Below are positions 62,032 to 64,000 of a DNA stretch of 64,000 nt, piece by piece. The notes beneath the pieces were generated by a model. That model was not told the origin of the DNA. It did not search any database and worked only from the letters and a program-made list of their open reading frames with translations. The translations under genes and the position numbers were made by a program. Numbering within the stretch: the stretch's first letter is position 1; the number at the start of each line of letters is the position of its first letter. The stretch is from a virus. Location: positions 1,578 to 65,577 of the IMG/VR virus record IMGVR_UViG_3300044952_000182. One strand, given 5' to 3'.

Positions 62032-64000
62032 ATGGCTTGCAATCCTGGCGATCCTTGTTATAACGCATATTATCAACCTAGTGAAAACTGTGGTTCTATC
62101 CCTTGTGAAACTACAGCAGATCGTGTTATATATAATGGACCTAACCTTCCTTGTTCAGGAATTCAAACTGGAGAAAACTTAGACTGTGCTCTATCAAAAA
62201 TAGATGATGCTCTTTGTAATGGTGTTGTTGGTCTTAATGGTACCTCTGGTACTTCAGGTATATCTGGCTCGTCTGGCATATCTGGAACCAATGGAACATC
62301 TGCAACTTCTGGTGTTACAGGTCCTTCTGGAACAAATGGTACTTCTGGTTCATCTGGAATTACAGGTACATCTGGAACATCATCAAGTGGTTCTAGTGGT
62401 ACTAGTGGCTCTTCTGGTAGAGCTGGTTCAAATGGCACTAGTGGTTCTGCTGGTGTGAGTGGCACAGGTGGTACAAGTGGTACTTCAGGTACTTCTGCTA
62501 CTAGTGGTACTTCAGGTACTGATGGTTCAAATGGAACTTCTGCTACTTCTGGAACAGATGGAAGTAGTGGAACTAGTGGTAGAGATGCCACAGCAGGAAC
62601 ATCTGGTCAAGATGGAACATCTGGTACAAGTGCAAGTTCTGGTACCTCTGCTTCTAGTGGATTAACTGGTACAGCTGGAACATCTGGAACATCTGGCACA
62701 TCAGCATCTTCTGGAACTGCAGGTCAAGATGGAGATAGATATTTAACAAGTTCTACAACTTCTTTATTAATAGGAACAGGATCAAAAAGTTTAACAGTAG
62801 GAACAGGGTTAGCATATAGTGTTGCACAGACAGCTATCATAGTATATGATGTAAGTAATACAATGCAAGGAACTGTTACCTCTTATAATAGTGGAACAGG
62901 TGCATTAGTAATTAATGTCACCACCATAGCAGGTGCAGGAACCTATGCTGTATGGACAGTAAATCTGTTTGGTGCATCTGGTGGTAATGGTACTTCTGGA
63001 ATAGCTGGTACTTCTGGCACAGCTGGTACGTCTGCTTCTTCAGGTTCATCTGGTTCTTCAGGGTCATCTGGTACTTCAGGTACCACAGGTACATCTGGAA
63101 CATCTGCTTCTTCAGGTAGCTCAGGAAGTTCAGGTAGCTCAGGATCAACAGGTACATCAGGTACTGCTGCCACTTCTGGTACAAGTACTGGTACAAGTGG
63201 TACAAGTGGTGTAAATGCAACTTCAGGAACTGCAGGTATAAATGGTTCTTCTGGAACTGCAGGTACAAGCGGAGCGAGTGTGACAGGTCCTTCAGGATCT
63301 TCAGGTACCTCAGGGTCATCAGGATCATCAGGCTCCTCTGGATCTTCTGGATCTTCAGGTACTTCTGCTTCTTCTGGTTCAAGTGGATCAAGTGGATCAA
63401 GTGGATCATCTGGTTCTAGTGGGTCAAGTGGTACAGCTGGAGCTAATGGTGCTGTTGGTTCTTCAGGAACATCAGGATCTTCAGGATCTTCAGGAACAAG
63501 TGGAGCTAATGGAACAAGTGGTTCATCTGGATCTTCTGGATCTTCTGGTTCAAGTGGCACTAGTGGTGCTAATGGAGCAAATGGTTCATCTGGTACTTCT
63601 GGAGCATCTGGTACAAGTGGTTCTTCAGGATCAAGTGGATCAAGTGGATCAAGTGGATCTAGTGGAACATCTGGAGCTAGTGGTACATCTGGATCATCTG
63701 GTAGTTCTGGTTCTAGTGGCTCTTCTGGATCTTCAGGAACATCTGGAGCTAATGGTGGTAATGGTTCCTCTGGAACATCTGGTGCTACTGGTGGTCCTGG
63801 ATCACCAGGAACAAGTGGGTCGTCTGGTTCTAGTGGTTCTTCTGGATCTTCTGGAACATCTGGTGCTACTGGTGGTCCTGGAGGAAATGGTTCTAGTGGT
63901 ACAAGTGGAGCTAACGGAGGGAATGGTAGCAGTGGAACAAGTGGAACAAGTGGTGCAAGTGGTTCTTCTGGAACTGCAGGTACATCTGGTGCGAATGGAG
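62032..64000 (+). CDS. collagen-like (Gly-X-Y) tail fibre protein; 3-prime end beyond window
   Basis: Frame 62032 onward has no stops. N-terminal Cys-rich region, then >500 aa of GTS/GSS/GTA triplets. These are interrupted by a ~75-aa non-collagenous segment (DRYLTSSTTSLLIGTG…VWTVNLF). Confidence 0.7.
   Translation, partial: MACNPGDPCYNAYYQPSENCGSIPCETTADRVIYNGPNLPCSGIQTGENLDCALSKIDDALCNGVVGLNGTSGTSGISGSSGISGTNGTSATSGVTGPSGTNGTSGSSGITGTSGTSSSGSSGTSGSSGRAGSNGTSGSAGVSGTGGTSGTSGTSATSGTSGTDGSNGTSATSGTDGSSGTSGRDATAGTSGQDGTSGTSASSGTSASSGLTGTAGTSGTSGTSASSGTAGQDGDRYLTSSTTSLLIGTGSKSLTVGTGLAYSVAQTAIIVYDVSNTMQGTVTSYNSGTGALVINVTTIAGAGTYAVWTVNLFGASGGNGTSGIAGTSGTAGTSASSGSSGSSGSSGTSGTTGTSGTSASSGSSGSSGSSGSTGTSGTAATSGTSTGTSGTSGVNATSGTAGINGSSGTAGTSGASVTGPSGSSGTSGSSGSSGSSGSSGSSGTSASSGSSGSSGSSGSSGSSGSSGTAGANGAVGSSGTSGSSGSSGTSGANGTSGSSGSSGSSGSSGTSGANGANGSSGTSGASGTSGSSGSSGSSGSSGSSGTSGASGTSGSSGSSGSSGSSGSSGTSGANGGNGSSGTSGATGGPGSPGTSGSSGSSGSSGSSGTSGATGGPGGNGSSGTSGANGGNGSSGTSGTSGASGSSGTAGTSGANG

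Noticed and set aside
62163-63560. Track ORFs on the minus strand and in alternative plus-strand frames with P/E/V-rich or Q/L/V-rich translations: 62163..62591 (-), 62204..62458 (+), 62459..62665 (+), 62918..63409 (-), 62943..63560 (-).
   Set aside because: They lie entirely within the repetitive Gly-X-Y coding DNA of the collagen-like gene (plus-strand frame from 62032). Low-complexity triplet repeats keep several frames open. The collagen frame has the sensible N-terminal domain and gene context.
1-64000. Searched for integrase/recombinase, CRISPR repeats, rRNA and prophage att sites.
   Set aside because: None found. No tyrosine or serine recombinase motifs in any large ORF. No regularly spaced short repeats. 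The window looks like a lytic phage genome segment.

Overview
This window is a contiguous stretch of a virulent-looking tailed dsDNA phage genome. It has no integrase, no rRNA and no CRISPR array. It is AT-rich, and three intergenic regions carry textbook Bacteroidota sigma-A promoters (TTTG, ~19-22 nt spacer, TAnnTTTG), so the host is probably a Bacteroidota bacterium.

Layout:
- 1-3.0 kb, minus strand: a glycan-modification cluster (GT-B glycosyltransferase, GT9 heptosyltransferase-like, FkbM methyltransferase).
- 3.1-6.3 kb, plus strand: a lysis cassette (holin-like membrane proteins, GH19 endolysin, i-/o-spanin candidates).
- 6.2-11.7 kb, plus strand: a family of Cys-Cys/poly-Thr mucin-like proteins, one with a C-terminal DUF1566 domain, then a tandem array of at least six lysine-rich, very basic small paralogs.
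- 11.9-43.9 kb, minus strand: an early/replication block.
- 43.9-46.4 kb: a large non-coding control region with a tRNA-like gene that has an insertion and is flanked by 14-bp direct repeats, plus repeated motifs, G-runs, operator-like inverted repeats and terminators.
- 46.4-64 kb, plus strand: the late module (HU-like protein, small/large terminase, portal, a cytosolic SPFH/band-7 protein, acidic scaffold, major capsid protein, a structured GC-rich RNA element, tail/fibre proteins with poly-Thr ends, and a long collagen-like Gly-X-Y fibre protein that runs off the window).

The minus-strand early/replication block (11.9-43.9 kb) contains:
- a second glycosyltransferase/methyltransferase cluster;
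- a GroES-like co-chaperonin;
- an HExxH membrane metalloprotease;
- dUTPase, RecA/UvsX, class II RNR (NrdJ), a PD-(D/E)XK nuclease and two free-standing HNH endonucleases;
- an Hsp90-like GHKL ATPase next to a protein with DnaJ-type CxxCxGxG zinc-finger motifs;
- uracil-DNA glycosylase, a DUF932-like protein, a primase-like protein and an SSB-like protein;
- a Sak4-like ATPase, an SF2 helicase, a DnaB-like helicase and a compact family-B DNA polymerase;
- an acidic putative DNA-mimic protein.

The most unusual candidates are:
- the phage-encoded Hsp90-like ATPase with its DnaJ-zinc-finger partner, and separately the GroES-like gene;
- the lysine-rich paralog array;
- the apparent virion glycosylation toolkit (two GT/MT clusters together with Ser/Thr-rich mucin-like and collagen-like proteins);
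- the SPFH protein inside the head module;
- the disrupted tRNA-like gene flanked by repeats.
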